A stretch of 64,000 nucleotides of DNA, taken from contig JBKBLB010000019.1 of the NCBI GenBank assembly GCA_046296495.1, forward strand, positions 4,312 through 68,311, given 5' to 3'. Positions 31,037 to 40,973 of this stretch are shown here, piece after piece. A program made the position numbers and the translations under genes. The stretch's first letter is position 1. Each line of letters opens with the position of its first letter. The DNA comes from Bacteroidia bacterium. GTDB taxonomy: Bacteria; Bacteroidota; Bacteroidia; UKL13-3. The notes beneath the pieces are model-generated. The model did not search any database and was not told the DNA's origin. It was given only the letters and a program-made list of their open reading frames with translations.

Positions 31037-31399
31037 ATGTATTTAATAAAAAGACTCAAATCATTTATTCATGCTTTTAATGGTTTAGTTTATTTGTTCA
31101 GGTTTGAACCCAATGCCCAAATTCATTTATTGGCAATAATAGTTGTTACCATTGCGGGATTTTGGTTCAACATAAACAATTTAGAATGGATTGCGATTGT
31201 AATTTGTATTGCTTTGGTAATAGCAGCCGAAGCTGTTAACGCTGCCATAGAAAGATTTTGCAACTTGGTTGAACCAAAATTTAATAATCATGTAAAACAC
31301 ATTAAAGATTTGGCTGCAGGCAGCGTATTGATTTGTGCTGTAGTTTCGGTAATTGTAGCGTTAATTATATTTTTACCCAAAATTTTTTATAAAACCTGA
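31037..31399 (+). CDS. diacylglycerol kinase family protein
   Basis: 120 aa with 3 TM helices and the AEAVNAAIE motif of prokaryotic DAGK/undecaprenol kinases. Confidence 0.7.
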   Translation: MYLIKRLKSFIHAFNGLVYLFRFEPNAQIHLLAIIVVTIAGFWFNINNLEWIAIVICIALVIAAEAVNAAIERFCNLVEPKFNNHVKHIKDLAAGSVLICAVVSVIVALIIFLPKIFYKT

Positions 31400-32418
31400 T
31401 GAAAAAGGTAAACAATGTAGCAGTAATTGGTGGTGGCAGCTGGGCTACTGCGCTAGTAAAAATTCTTTGCGATCATAAACAAACCCCCGATAACAATTTA
31501 GGCAATATTTATTGGTGGGTTAGGCACAATAGCCTTGTTGAGTATATAAAACAAAACCATCATAACCCCGATTACCTTAGCAGTATTGAAATTCACCCTG
31601 ATTTAGTAACTGTTGACAGTAACCTTAAAGAAATTGTAAAAAATGCTGATATAATTATAATTGTTATTCCTGCTGCTTTTGCCGAAGAAAGCCTAAAAAG
31701 CCTTAACAAAAATGACTTTGAAAACAAGTTTGTTGTATCTGCCATAAAAGGACTTATTCCGAGTACTAGACAAATTGTTGGCGATTATTTAATTGATAAA
31801 TACAATATTCCCGAAAAAAGAATTGGCGTAATTAGCGGGCCTTGCCATGCCGAAGAAGTAGCTAACGAAAAATTAAGCTATCTTACCATTGCATCAGAAG
31901 ATCAGGATTTTGCGCGTAAAGTTGCCGAATACTTAAGTTGCAGGTATGTAAAAACAGTTGTAAGCAACGATGTAAGAGGTACAGAATATGGTGCAGTTTT
32001 AAAAAATATTTATGCCGTTGCAGCCGGAATTTGCCATGGTCTTGGTTATGGAGACAATTTTCAGGCTGTACTTATGAGTAATGCTTTGAGAGAAATGAAG
32101 CGTTTTTTAAGAAACATTACCGATGCCAACAGAAAAATTAATCACAGCGCTTACCTTGGCGATTTATTGGTAACAGCTTATAGCATACATAGCCGCAATC
32201 GTACTTTTGGAAATATGATTGGCTTAGGTTATACGGTTCAGAACGCACAACTTGAAATGAAGATGGTTGCTGAAGGTTATTATGCAACAAAAAACATGTA
32301 TATATTAAATCAGCAAATGGATGTAAAAATGCCCATTTTAAATGCTGTTTATGATATTTTATACAACAATAAACCGGCCAAAAAGGTTATAGAAAAACTA
32401 ACCGAAAAACTTGTTTAG
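31399..32418 (+). CDS. gpsA: NAD(P)H-dependent glycerol-3-phosphate dehydrogenase
   Basis: GGGSWATAL dinucleotide fold, SGPCHAEEV and KNIYAVAAGI. Confidence 0.9.
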   Translation: MKKVNNVAVIGGGSWATALVKILCDHKQTPDNNLGNIYWWVRHNSLVEYIKQNHHNPDYLSSIEIHPDLVTVDSNLKEIVKNADIIIIVIPAAFAEESLKSLNKNDFENKFVVSAIKGLIPSTRQIVGDYLIDKYNIPEKRIGVISGPCHAEEVANEKLSYLTIASEDQDFARKVAEYLSCRYVKTVVSNDVRGTEYGAVLKNIYAVAAGICHGLGYGDNFQAVLMSNALREMKRFLRNITDANRKINHSAYLGDLLVTAYSIHSRNRTFGNMIGLGYTVQNAQLEMKMVAEGYYATKNMYILNQQMDVKMPILNAVYDILYNNKPAKKVIEKLTEKLV

Positions 32419-32474
32419 CTTATTAAGTTGACTTTATGTTTATATTCGTTCAACTTAAAAATAAATTAAATCTC

Positions 32475-35400
32475 ATGCGAATTTTTTCATTTCTTATAAT
32501 CAATACCTGTTTGTTTTTTAAACTATCGGGTCAAATAAAAACCCAAAACAGTTTTCAGCAGCATGTTGAATATAACATTCATGTTAAGTTAAATGAAACC
32601 AAACGTACATTGCAAGGTAACATAGAAATTTTTTACACCAACAATGCAGAAACCTCGCTTGATAAAATTTATATGCACCTATGGCCAAATGCATACAAAA
32701 ACAGGCAAACCGATTATGCAAAACAAAAGTTGGAAAACGGCTCGGCAGAATTTCATTTCTCTGATAAATCAAAACGCGGTTATATTGATTCGATTAACTT
32801 TTCAGTTGACAACGAAACAGTAAAATGGCAATACACCGATAAAAATGATATTGCAGTTTTGAACCTGAATAAACCAATATTACCAAAACAATCTATAAAA
32901 ATATCTACTCCGTTTTTTGTTAAAATTCCAAATGTATTTAGCCGAATGGGCTACGAAAATGGCATTTTTTGTATTACACAATGGTACCCAAAACCTGCTG
33001 TTTACGATATAAACGGCTGGAATGCCATGCCATACCTAGACCAGGGTGAGTTTTACAGTGAGTTTGGAAAATTTACCGTTCATATAACTGTACCCAAAAA
33101 TATGGTGGTGGCTGCAACCGGAAACTTACAAAACAAAGAAGAAATTGAATGGCTTAAAAATTTAAGCAACGAAAATGCTAATTTATCATCGGGGGTAAAC
33201 GGTGAAAAAACACTTACATATATTCAAGACAGCGTTCATGATTTTGCCTGGTTTGCTTCAAGAGATTTTAAAGTATTACACGATACTTTTACCTTACACA
33301 ACGGTAAAGAAGTTACAGCCTGGTTGTTTGCTAAAAATATCCAAAAACAAGGTATTGATTATATAAAAAAGGGTGTAAAATTTTATTCGCAAATGGTTGG
33401 AGAGTATCCTTACAAAAATGCAACAGTTGTAATTACACCATTAAAAGCTGGAGGAGGAATGGAATATCCAACCATTACCAATTGTGCTTCAATAGATGAA
33501 ACTACCATCGTACACGAAATTGGTCACAACTGGTTTTATGGTATTTTAGGTTCAAACGAAAGAGAATACCCCTGGATGGATGAAAGTATAAACACATTTT
33601 ACGAAAATTGGTATCAGGAAAAAGTAAATAAAAATGCTAAAAACGAATTAGAAATGGCGGCTTCTATTTTTGGATTTAACATTTTTCCAAAATTATCGGG
33701 CCAATATGGCAGCATACTTACTTACCAATACACGGCAAGGCAAAATAAAGAACAAGCAGGAAACCTGCCATCAACCCAATACACCGATATAAATTACGGT
33801 ACCATCATTTATGCAAAAAATGTTATTGCTTTTTTTTACCTTAAAAATTATTTAGGCGAGAACTTGTTTAATAACATGATGCAATCTTATTTTCAAAAAT
33901 GGAAGTTTAAGCATCCCCTACCCGATGATTTTAGAAAACATTGCGAAACCTTTACCGGAAAAGATTTAAGCTGGTTTTTTAATTCAACCCTTAGCAACGG
34001 CCGATACGATTACTCATTTAAAAAAAACAAAAACACTTTATTGATTAAAAATAAGTTAAATGGTATTGGCCCTGTTCCGGTTTCAACAGTTTTATACGAT
34101 TCGGTATTGCATACCGTTTGGGTTGAACCTAATAAATACTATGAAATTGATAAACTGATTCCTGAAGGATTGACAGAAAAAAACGAATTAAGGCTTACCA
34201 TACACAAAAGTTTGTTACCGCTTGATTTGTATGGACAAAACAATCAATTATGGCTTAAAAACAATTCATTGAAAGCGCCCTTAAAACTTAGCCCGTTGTT
34301 TTATGCCGAAAAAGACCATATAACAAACGTTTATTATGCACCTGTTTATGCTTACAATTTATACAACAAAAGCATGTTGGGCATGGCATTATACAATAGT
34401 ATTTATCCGCAAAAACGAAACGAGTTTGTACTGATGCCTGTTTACGCCTTTGGCACTAATGATGTAAACGGATATGCCCAATATTGGCATAATTTTTATA
34501 CGCAAGGAAAAATTCAGCGACTATCGCTTGGTTTTAATGCAGCGCGCTTTGCGGCAATGGGCATATATACTCAAAGCAATACCGAAAGAATTCAGCAAAT
34601 CATCAATTCGTTTGGTGCGTATTATGGCAATATTACTTACGAAAAATTAGCGCCTTTTGTTGCATTGAACCTAAAACCAAAACATGCAAGAAGCGAAATT
34701 GTGCAGCAACTACAAGCACGTTATGTAATGGTAAATCAACAAGAGCGAGATTTGGGTTACTTTAAAAATTTTAACAACCATATTGGCATTGCCGAGTTAT
34801 CTTACAACTACAACAATCCATTTATTTTGTATCCATCATCGTTTTCTGCCAGCTATCAGCAAGGTTTAAAAAACAGCGAAATAAGTCGTTTAGGAATTAG
34901 CTTTACGCAAAGTATTTTGTATAAAGATGGTAAACAAAAAGCCGATTTGCGATTATTTGGCGGCACATTTCTTTTTCAACAAAACATAGATGGAAACTCG
35001 CTTGCGGGAGACAACTACGGAAGGGCCATGTTTCAGGCAGCAGGTACCACCGGCCAACATGATTATTTATATGATTATGCCATGTTTGGCCGTGCCGAAA
35101 ATAACCCTCAAAGAACTTTATGGGCTCGACAAGCAATACTACGCGATGCAGGTTTTAGAAACTTTGTTAGTGTTGGCTCAACCGATAAAATAATATTTGC
35201 AGCAAATTTAACATTGCCTTTGCCCATTTCGCTACCAGTAGGCTTTTATGCTGATGCCAGCTATGCAAATCTTAAAAGCATAACTAATAATACTGATGTA
35301 TCATACAACTATCAACTTACTTATATAGGCGGATTTTATGTTGCCATAGCCAAAAATGTTGTTGCTTGGTATTTTCCATTGCTTCAAAGTAATAACATAA

Positions 35401-35510
35401 ACGAGGCTTTTAATACACAAAACCTGTTTAATATTTTTGAACGCAGCAGTATTGTTTTAAACCTAAATAACTTAAACCCGATAAAAGCCATCAGGAATAT
35501 TAAGTTCTAA
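32475..35510 (+). CDS. M1-family zinc metallopeptidase with a ~500-aa C-terminal extension
   Basis: Signal peptide MRIFSFLIINTCLFFKLSGQ. HEIGH at 33513-33527 followed by E at X18 (HEXXH-X18-E). The protein ends in ...IRNIKF. Confidence 0.85.
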   Translation: MRIFSFLIINTCLFFKLSGQIKTQNSFQQHVEYNIHVKLNETKRTLQGNIEIFYTNNAETSLDKIYMHLWPNAYKNRQTDYAKQKLENGSAEFHFSDKSKRGYIDSINFSVDNETVKWQYTDKNDIAVLNLNKPILPKQSIKISTPFFVKIPNVFSRMGYENGIFCITQWYPKPAVYDINGWNAMPYLDQGEFYSEFGKFTVHITVPKNMVVAATGNLQNKEEIEWLKNLSNENANLSSGVNGEKTLTYIQDSVHDFAWFASRDFKVLHDTFTLHNGKEVTAWLFAKNIQKQGIDYIKKGVKFYSQMVGEYPYKNATVVITPLKAGGGMEYPTITNCASIDETTIVHEIGHNWFYGILGSNEREYPWMDESINTFYENWYQEKVNKNAKNELEMAASIFGFNIFPKLSGQYGSILTYQYTARQNKEQAGNLPSTQYTDINYGTIIYAKNVIAFFYLKNYLGENLFNNMMQSYFQKWKFKHPLPDDFRKHCETFTGKDLSWFFNSTLSNGRYDYSFKKNKNTLLIKNKLNGIGPVPVSTVLYDSVLHTVWVEPNKYYEIDKLIPEGLTEKNELRLTIHKSLLPLDLYGQNNQLWLKNNSLKAPLKLSPLFYAEKDHITNVYYAPVYAYNLYNKSMLGMALYNSIYPQKRNEFVLMPVYAFGTNDVNGYAQYWHNFYTQGKIQRLSLGFNAARFAAMGIYTQSNTERIQQIINSFGAYYGNITYEKLAPFVALNLKPKHARSEIVQQLQARYVMVNQQERDLGYFKNFNNHIGIAELSYNYNNPFILYPSSFSASYQQGLKNSEISRLGISFTQSILYKDGKQKADLRLFGGTFLFQQNIDGNSLAGDNYGRAMFQAAGTTGQHDYLYDYAMFGRAENNPQRTLWARQAILRDAGFRNFVSVGSTDKIIFAANLTLPLPISLPVGFYADASYANLKSITNNTDVSYNYQLTYIGGFYVAIAKNVVAWYFPLLQSNNINEAFNTQNLFNIFERSSIVLNLNNLNPIKAIRNIKF

Positions 35511-37045
35511 TAAACTTTAGCAACAGCCAAATTTCCCTGAACTTTTATAATTTCTTTTTCACAATTTATTAAGCTGTCATGGTTCAATCGGTATAAAACG
35601 TAAACATTATTTTTTAAAGAATCTGGAATGTTTATATAAAGATTTTTTCTGAAATTTATTGAATTGTTATTAAAGTTTACTCCATAAATATTGCTGTATA
35701 AATAATACCATGCAATGCTGCGGTTAACAGTATGTATAAAAGCATGTGGCGAAACAACCAAGCTTCTTTTTGCATTGCATGAAAAAGAATTATCTTCAGG
35801 AAAAGTTATAAAAAGTGCATCATTGGCCAAGTTGTTATTTATCCATTGCTGTACAATTTCTAAATCTGTTTTTATATAATTACCAATTTTAATTTTATTT
35901 CTTAAACTGCTTGGAAACGAAAAATTAAAAACCGTAAACGAAAAAATAAACGCAAATAGTAATGCTGCTATTACAATAGTTTTAGGTTTAAAACTGCTAT
36001 TAATTTTACTAATTAATTGTGAGAAAAAATACGAAGCATAAACCGAAGCAAATGCGCATACCCACATACTGGCTTTAAACCATTGCAGCTTTGCTAAGCT
36101 AAAATTATTAAAAAGCTCAATAGTTACTGAGTAAATAATAGCAACTACAATAAAAACAACTGAGAAGTTTAATACGACATTTTTATAATTGGTTTTTGTT
36201 TTAATTATTCCGGCCAAAACAACTATTAACACCATTAAAAATTTTAAATAACTGCCTAAAGTAAATGCCGATGGCATATAGTGCCATGGAGCTCTAAAAG
36301 TAAACAATATTTGCTCAAAAAGTCTTTTTTCTTGAACCGAAACCGAAGTAAAATAATTACCAAAAACAGGTATTAAAATAAACAGACCCACAATACAGAA
36401 AGTTGAACTGAATATGATAAGATTTTTTAATTCTGATTTTTTAAATTCAAAAATCAAAAATAATGCTAAAATTACAAATGGCTGCAAAGCCGATAAAACC
36501 TGAAACAAAGCACCAAAACCAAATAAAAAGCCGCTAACAACAAAACGCCTTTTTAAAAAATAATAAATGCCAAAACTTGCAAAAACCTTAGCTATTACAC
36601 CGCCAATTAAAATATTGTATGTAATATGGTTTGAACCCAATGTAAATGCATAAAAAACAAACAACACAAAAAATGGCGTAAGCAACGAAGCCGTTATATT
36701 TTCTGTAACAATGTAAGCTATTTTTTGCCATATAAAACCTAAACTGAATAAACATAAAAGCCATACAGAAAAAAACAAAATCTCTATATCAATAAACTTT
36801 TGTAAATAATAAAATAATTGAACAAAAAAGAATCTGATGTTAAAGGCTGATTCATATCCGTTCATAAAAAAATCATTTTGATATAGCGATGGATTTACCA
36901 ATTTGTAAATTGGGGGCAAATGTTCTTCGTGATCGCCACTTGCAAACTGATAACCATAGCGAAGCATAAAAAACAACGTGTATGCTAAAGCCATTGTAAA
37001 AAACAAGTGGTTATTTTTAAAATATTTTTTCAAAGCAGTTTTCAA
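35507..37045 (-). CDS. polytopic membrane protein, unknown function
   Basis: 512 aa with more than 10 hydrophobic helices followed by a soluble C-terminal ~130 aa. No recognisable motif. Confidence 0.45.
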   Translation of the reverse strand: MKTALKKYFKNNHLFFTMALAYTLFFMLRYGYQFASGDHEEHLPPIYKLVNPSLYQNDFFMNGYESAFNIRFFFVQLFYYLQKFIDIEILFFSVWLLCLFSLGFIWQKIAYIVTENITASLLTPFFVLFVFYAFTLGSNHITYNILIGGVIAKVFASFGIYYFLKRRFVVSGFLFGFGALFQVLSALQPFVILALFLIFEFKKSELKNLIIFSSTFCIVGLFILIPVFGNYFTSVSVQEKRLFEQILFTFRAPWHYMPSAFTLGSYLKFLMVLIVVLAGIIKTKTNYKNVVLNFSVVFIVVAIIYSVTIELFNNFSLAKLQWFKASMWVCAFASVYASYFFSQLISKINSSFKPKTIVIAALLFAFIFSFTVFNFSFPSSLRNKIKIGNYIKTDLEIVQQWINNNLANDALFITFPEDNSFSCNAKRSLVVSPHAFIHTVNRSIAWYYLYSNIYGVNFNNNSINFRKNLYINIPDSLKNNVYVLYRLNHDSLINCEKEIIKVQGNLAVAKVY

Positions 37046-37086
37046 AATAATACATCTTGCGGCAATATTTTTTAAAGTTGCAAAAT

Positions 37087-38124
37087 ATGAACGATTTTAT
37101 TGATGTAAGAAGTGATACCGTAACCAAACCAACCCCACAAATGCTTGAAGTGATGATGCTGGCCAGAGTTGGCGATGATGTTTTTGGTGAAGACGAAACA
37201 GTAAACGAATTGCAGCAATATGCTGCCAATATGTTTGGCTTTGAAGCCGGATTGTTTTGCCCAAGCGGAACCATGACAAACCAAATTGCCATAAAATTAC
37301 ATACACAACCGGGCGATGAAGTTATTTGCGATAAACTGGCTCATGTTTATAATTACGAAGGTGGCGGCATTGCTTTTCATTCAGGTTCATCTGTAAAATT
37401 GGTTGAGGGCAAATTTGGAATTTTCACACCAAATGATGTTTTAAATGCCATCAATAAAGACGACCCTCATTTTCCAAAAACATCGTTGGTTTGCATTGAA
37501 AATACTGTAAATAAAGGTGGTGGAACTTGCTGGAGTATTAGCCAAATGCTTGCCATAAAAGAAGTATGCTCAACTCACTCTCTTAAATTACATTTAGATG
37601 GAGCAAGGGTTTTTAATGCATTGGTTGCACTAAACCAAGATGCATCGCAGTACGGAAAATTTTTCGATACCATGTCGGTTTGCTTATCAAAAGGTTTGGG
37701 TGCACCGGTTGGCTCGGTGCTGTTAGGTTCAAAACAATATATAAAACAAGCCGTAAGGTTGCGTAAATTGTTTGGAGGCGGTATGCGACAAGCAGGTTAC
37801 ATAGCTGCAGCAGGTTTATATGCACTAAAAAATCATATCACTCGTTTACAAAGCGACCACGAAAAGGCAAATGCTTTACTTAAACATTTGCAGCAATTGC
37901 AAATGGTTACAGAAATATATCCGGTACAAACCAATATTGTTATTTTTAAAATTAAGCCAAGCATTAGCAACGATATGTTTTTGGCAAAACTTTCGGAAAA
38001 CAATATTAAAGCTGCAGCTATGGCACCACAAACTTTTAGGTTTGTAATGCACCTTGATATTACTGATGAAAAGTTTGGCAAGCTTTTAGATGTGTTAACA
38101 CTAATTAACAAGCAGTTTACCTAA
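37087..38124 (+). CDS. ltaE: low-specificity L-threonine aldolase
   Basis: DVRSDTVTKPT, GDDVFGEDETVNEL, FCPSGTMTNQ and the PLP lysine context LSKGLGAPVGS. Confidence 0.9.
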   Translation: MNDFIDVRSDTVTKPTPQMLEVMMLARVGDDVFGEDETVNELQQYAANMFGFEAGLFCPSGTMTNQIAIKLHTQPGDEVICDKLAHVYNYEGGGIAFHSGSSVKLVEGKFGIFTPNDVLNAINKDDPHFPKTSLVCIENTVNKGGGTCWSISQMLAIKEVCSTHSLKLHLDGARVFNALVALNQDASQYGKFFDTMSVCLSKGLGAPVGSVLLGSKQYIKQAVRLRKLFGGGMRQAGYIAAAGLYALKNHITRLQSDHEKANALLKHLQQLQMVTEIYPVQTNIVIFKIKPSISNDMFLAKLSENNIKAAAMAPQTFRFVMHLDITDEKFGKLLDVLTLINKQFT

Positions 38125-38125
38125 A

Positions 38126-38584
38126 ATGCACTATTTTTTAACAAAAAAATTATATTCGCTACCAATTTTAATGATACGAATAGCCTTATTATTTCTATTA
38201 CTCACTGCCTCAACAGTAGCATTTGCCCAGCGTGGTTCTCAAAAAATGCTTAAAGGCTATGATGCCATTTACCCTTTTAAAAATGGCAAAGCAAAGGTTG
38301 AAAAAGGCGGAAAAATAGGCTACATAAACTTAGAGGGCGAAGAAATTATACCGCCCATTTACGATGCCATTTACCCTTTTGAAAGAGGTGTTGCCAAAGT
38401 TGAAAAAGCAGGCTTAATAGGAATGATAAACGAACAAGGCGAAATTCTGCTCGAAGCTGTTTACGATTACATTGGTCCTAACAAAAACGGCCTTGTTGTT
38501 GTTACCCGATTTGGTAAACGTGGCTTATGCAAAATTACCGGCAACACCCCCGATGATGTTGAATACATTGTTGATATAAGATAA
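38126..38584 (+). CDS. secreted WG-repeat protein
   Basis: Signal peptide, then three repeats of the type YDAIYPFxxGxAKVEKxGKxGxIN. Confidence 0.6.
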   Translation: MHYFLTKKLYSLPILMIRIALLFLLLTASTVAFAQRGSQKMLKGYDAIYPFKNGKAKVEKGGKIGYINLEGEEIIPPIYDAIYPFERGVAKVEKAGLIGMINEQGEILLEAVYDYIGPNKNGLVVVTRFGKRGLCKITGNTPDDVEYIVDIR

Positions 38585-38673
38585 TTAGTTCAAATCAACT
38601 TTTATTAAATTTACACTTTCTTATTTCATTCAATTGCTTTTATGGTTGAGCCAAACTTAACAAACAGTAATAA

Positions 38674-38724
38674 TTGGTTTACAAACCAAATGTTAATGTT
38701 GAATAAATAAATTTTACAAACCAA
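38674..38724. promoter_or_regulatory. candidate operator in the glnA leader: palindrome TTGGTTTACAAACCAA plus a second TTTACAAACCAA copy
   Basis: Palindrome at 38674-38689. The identical 12-mer occurs at 38678-38689 and 38713-38724 (35-bp spacing), the latter 42 nt upstream of the glnA ATG. Confidence 0.4.
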
Positions 38725-38765
38725 CAACACATTGTATCTTGCACCGCAAAATTTTTAAAAACAAT

Positions 38766-40949
38766 ATGTTGACCCAGCGTTCGCGTGCATTAGAAACCGT
38801 ACAAACCAGAAAAAAAATTGAGGTTTCTCGTCCTTCATCAAGAATTTCTGATTATTTTAACCAAAATGTTTTTAACGATATTGCCATGAAAAAGTATCTT
38901 ACAAAAGATGCTTACAATGCCGTTAAAAAAGCCATAAACGAAGGACATCAAATTGACCGTGCCATGGCCGATCAGGTTGCAAACGGAATGAAAGCATGGG
39001 CAATCGATCATGGTGTAACACATTATACACACTGGTTTCAGCCACTTACCGGTGCAACTGCCGAAAAGCATGATGCATTTTTTGAACCAACAGAAGATGG
39101 TCGCTCGGTTGAGAAATTTACCGGCAATGCTTTGGTTCAGCAAGAACCTGATGCCAGCAGCTTTCCGAGCGGAGGTATAAGAAATACTTTTGAGGCACGT
39201 GGTTATACGGCTTGGGATCCATCATCTCCGGCCTTTATCATGGAAAGTTTAAATGGCAAAACTCTTTGCATACCAACTGTTTTTGTAAGCTATACCGGAG
39301 AGGCACTAGATTATAAAGCACCGCTTTTAAAAAGTTTACATGCGGTTGAGAAAGCTGTTGTAAATGTTTGCAAAAACTTTTTCGATAAAAATGTAACATC
39401 GGCATTTGCAAGCCTTGGTATAGAGCAGGAGTATTTTTTAATTGATGAAGCCATGTTCTTTGCCCGCCCCGATTTAATGCTATGCGGCAGAACATTATTA
39501 GGTCAAATGCCCGAAAAAGGACAGCAACTCGAAGATCATTATTTTGGCTCCATACCGGTGCGTGTTTACGATTTTATGGTTGATTTGGAAACCGAATGTT
39601 ATAAGTTGGGAATTCCATTAAAAACACGTCACAACGAGGTTGCTCCTTCGCAATTTGAATGTGCACCAAATTTTGAGGAAGTAAACCTTGCGGTTGACCA
39701 CAACCAACTTTTAATGGATTTAATGGAAAAGGTTGCCGAAAAACACAACCTTAAAGTTTTGCTTCACGAAAAACCTTTTGCAGGCATAAACGGTAGCGGC
39801 AAACACAATAATTGGAGTTTAATTACCAATACAGGAGTAAATTTACTTGCTCCGGGCAGCACACCGCAAAACAATCTGATGTTTTTAACATTTTTTGTAA
39901 ATGTTATTAAAGCTGTTTACGAAAATGCCGATTTGCTTAGAGCCAGTATTGCAGGTGCCGGAAACGACCACCGCCTTGGAGCTAACGAAGCCCCCCCTGC
40001 AATCATGTCTATTTTTATTGGCAGCCAAATGACAGCCGTATTGGAGGAAATTCTTGGCGGAAAAGCCAAAAAAACTGCCGATGCTGCAAAATCTATTTCG
40101 GTTATTAAAATTCCTGAAATTTTAAGAGACAATACCGACAGAAACCGCACCTCTCCTTTTGCATTTACAGGTAACAAATTCGAGTACAGGGCAGTAGGTT
40201 CAAGCGCAAATTGTGCAAATGCCATGATTGTTCTTAATACAGCAATGGCAAACCAGTTAAACGAGTTTAAAACAGAAGTAGATGAACTGATTGCCAAAGG
40301 TCATAAAAAAGAAGAAGCCATTATTGAAACATTAAAGGCATATTACAAAACCGCAAAAAACATTTTGTTTGAGGGTAACGGTTATGGCGAAGAATGGGTA
40401 AAAGAAGCTGCTCAACGCGGATTAAGCAATATAAAAAACACACCGGAAGCTCTAAATGCTTACATCAGTAAAAAAAGTAAAAACCTATTTATACAAAACG
40501 AAATTTTTAATGAGGTAGAACTTGAAGCACGTTACGAAATAATGCAGGAAAACTATGTTAAAAAGCTCGATATTGAAGCCAAAGTTTTAATGCAACTTGC
40601 CAGTTCGCATGTATTGCCTGCAGCCATAACCTACCAACGCAACCTTGCCGAAAATATTAAGGCTATGAAAGAAGCAGGCTTAGGTAAAAGCGATTATGAA
40701 GTACAACTTAATTTGATTAAAAATATTTCGGGTCATATAAAATCAATTCAGGAAAATATGGCAAAACTGAATGATGAATTGGAAAAAGCACACCACATTG
40801 AGCATGTTGGAAAACGTGCCGTTGCCATGGTAAACAAAATAAAGCCTTTGTTTGATCCGATTAGAAGCAGCTCTGATGCCTTGGAGTTTATGGTTGATGA
40901 TGAACTTTGGAAACTACCAAAATACAGAGAAATGCTTTTTATTAAGTAA
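38766..40949 (+). CDS. glnA: glutamine synthetase type III
   Basis: About 727 aa. VTHYTHWFQPLTGATAEKHD, NEVAPSQFE and HEKPFAGINGSGKHNNWS are typical of GSIII. ATG at 38766 is preferred. Confidence 0.95.
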   Translation: MLTQRSRALETVQTRKKIEVSRPSSRISDYFNQNVFNDIAMKKYLTKDAYNAVKKAINEGHQIDRAMADQVANGMKAWAIDHGVTHYTHWFQPLTGATAEKHDAFFEPTEDGRSVEKFTGNALVQQEPDASSFPSGGIRNTFEARGYTAWDPSSPAFIMESLNGKTLCIPTVFVSYTGEALDYKAPLLKSLHAVEKAVVNVCKNFFDKNVTSAFASLGIEQEYFLIDEAMFFARPDLMLCGRTLLGQMPEKGQQLEDHYFGSIPVRVYDFMVDLETECYKLGIPLKTRHNEVAPSQFECAPNFEEVNLAVDHNQLLMDLMEKVAEKHNLKVLLHEKPFAGINGSGKHNNWSLITNTGVNLLAPGSTPQNNLMFLTFFVNVIKAVYENADLLRASIAGAGNDHRLGANEAPPAIMSIFIGSQMTAVLEEILGGKAKKTADAAKSISVIKIPEILRDNTDRNRTSPFAFTGNKFEYRAVGSSANCANAMIVLNTAMANQLNEFKTEVDELIAKGHKKEEAIIETLKAYYKTAKNILFEGNGYGEEWVKEAAQRGLSNIKNTPEALNAYISKKSKNLFIQNEIFNEVELEARYEIMQENYVKKLDIEAKVLMQLASSHVLPAAITYQRNLAENIKAMKEAGLGKSDYEVQLNLIKNISGHIKSIQENMAKLNDELEKAHHIEHVGKRAVAMVNKIKPLFDPIRSSSDALEFMVDDELWKLPKYREMLFIK

Positions 40950-40973
40950 GTTATTTTTTAAGCTTTTAAAAAA

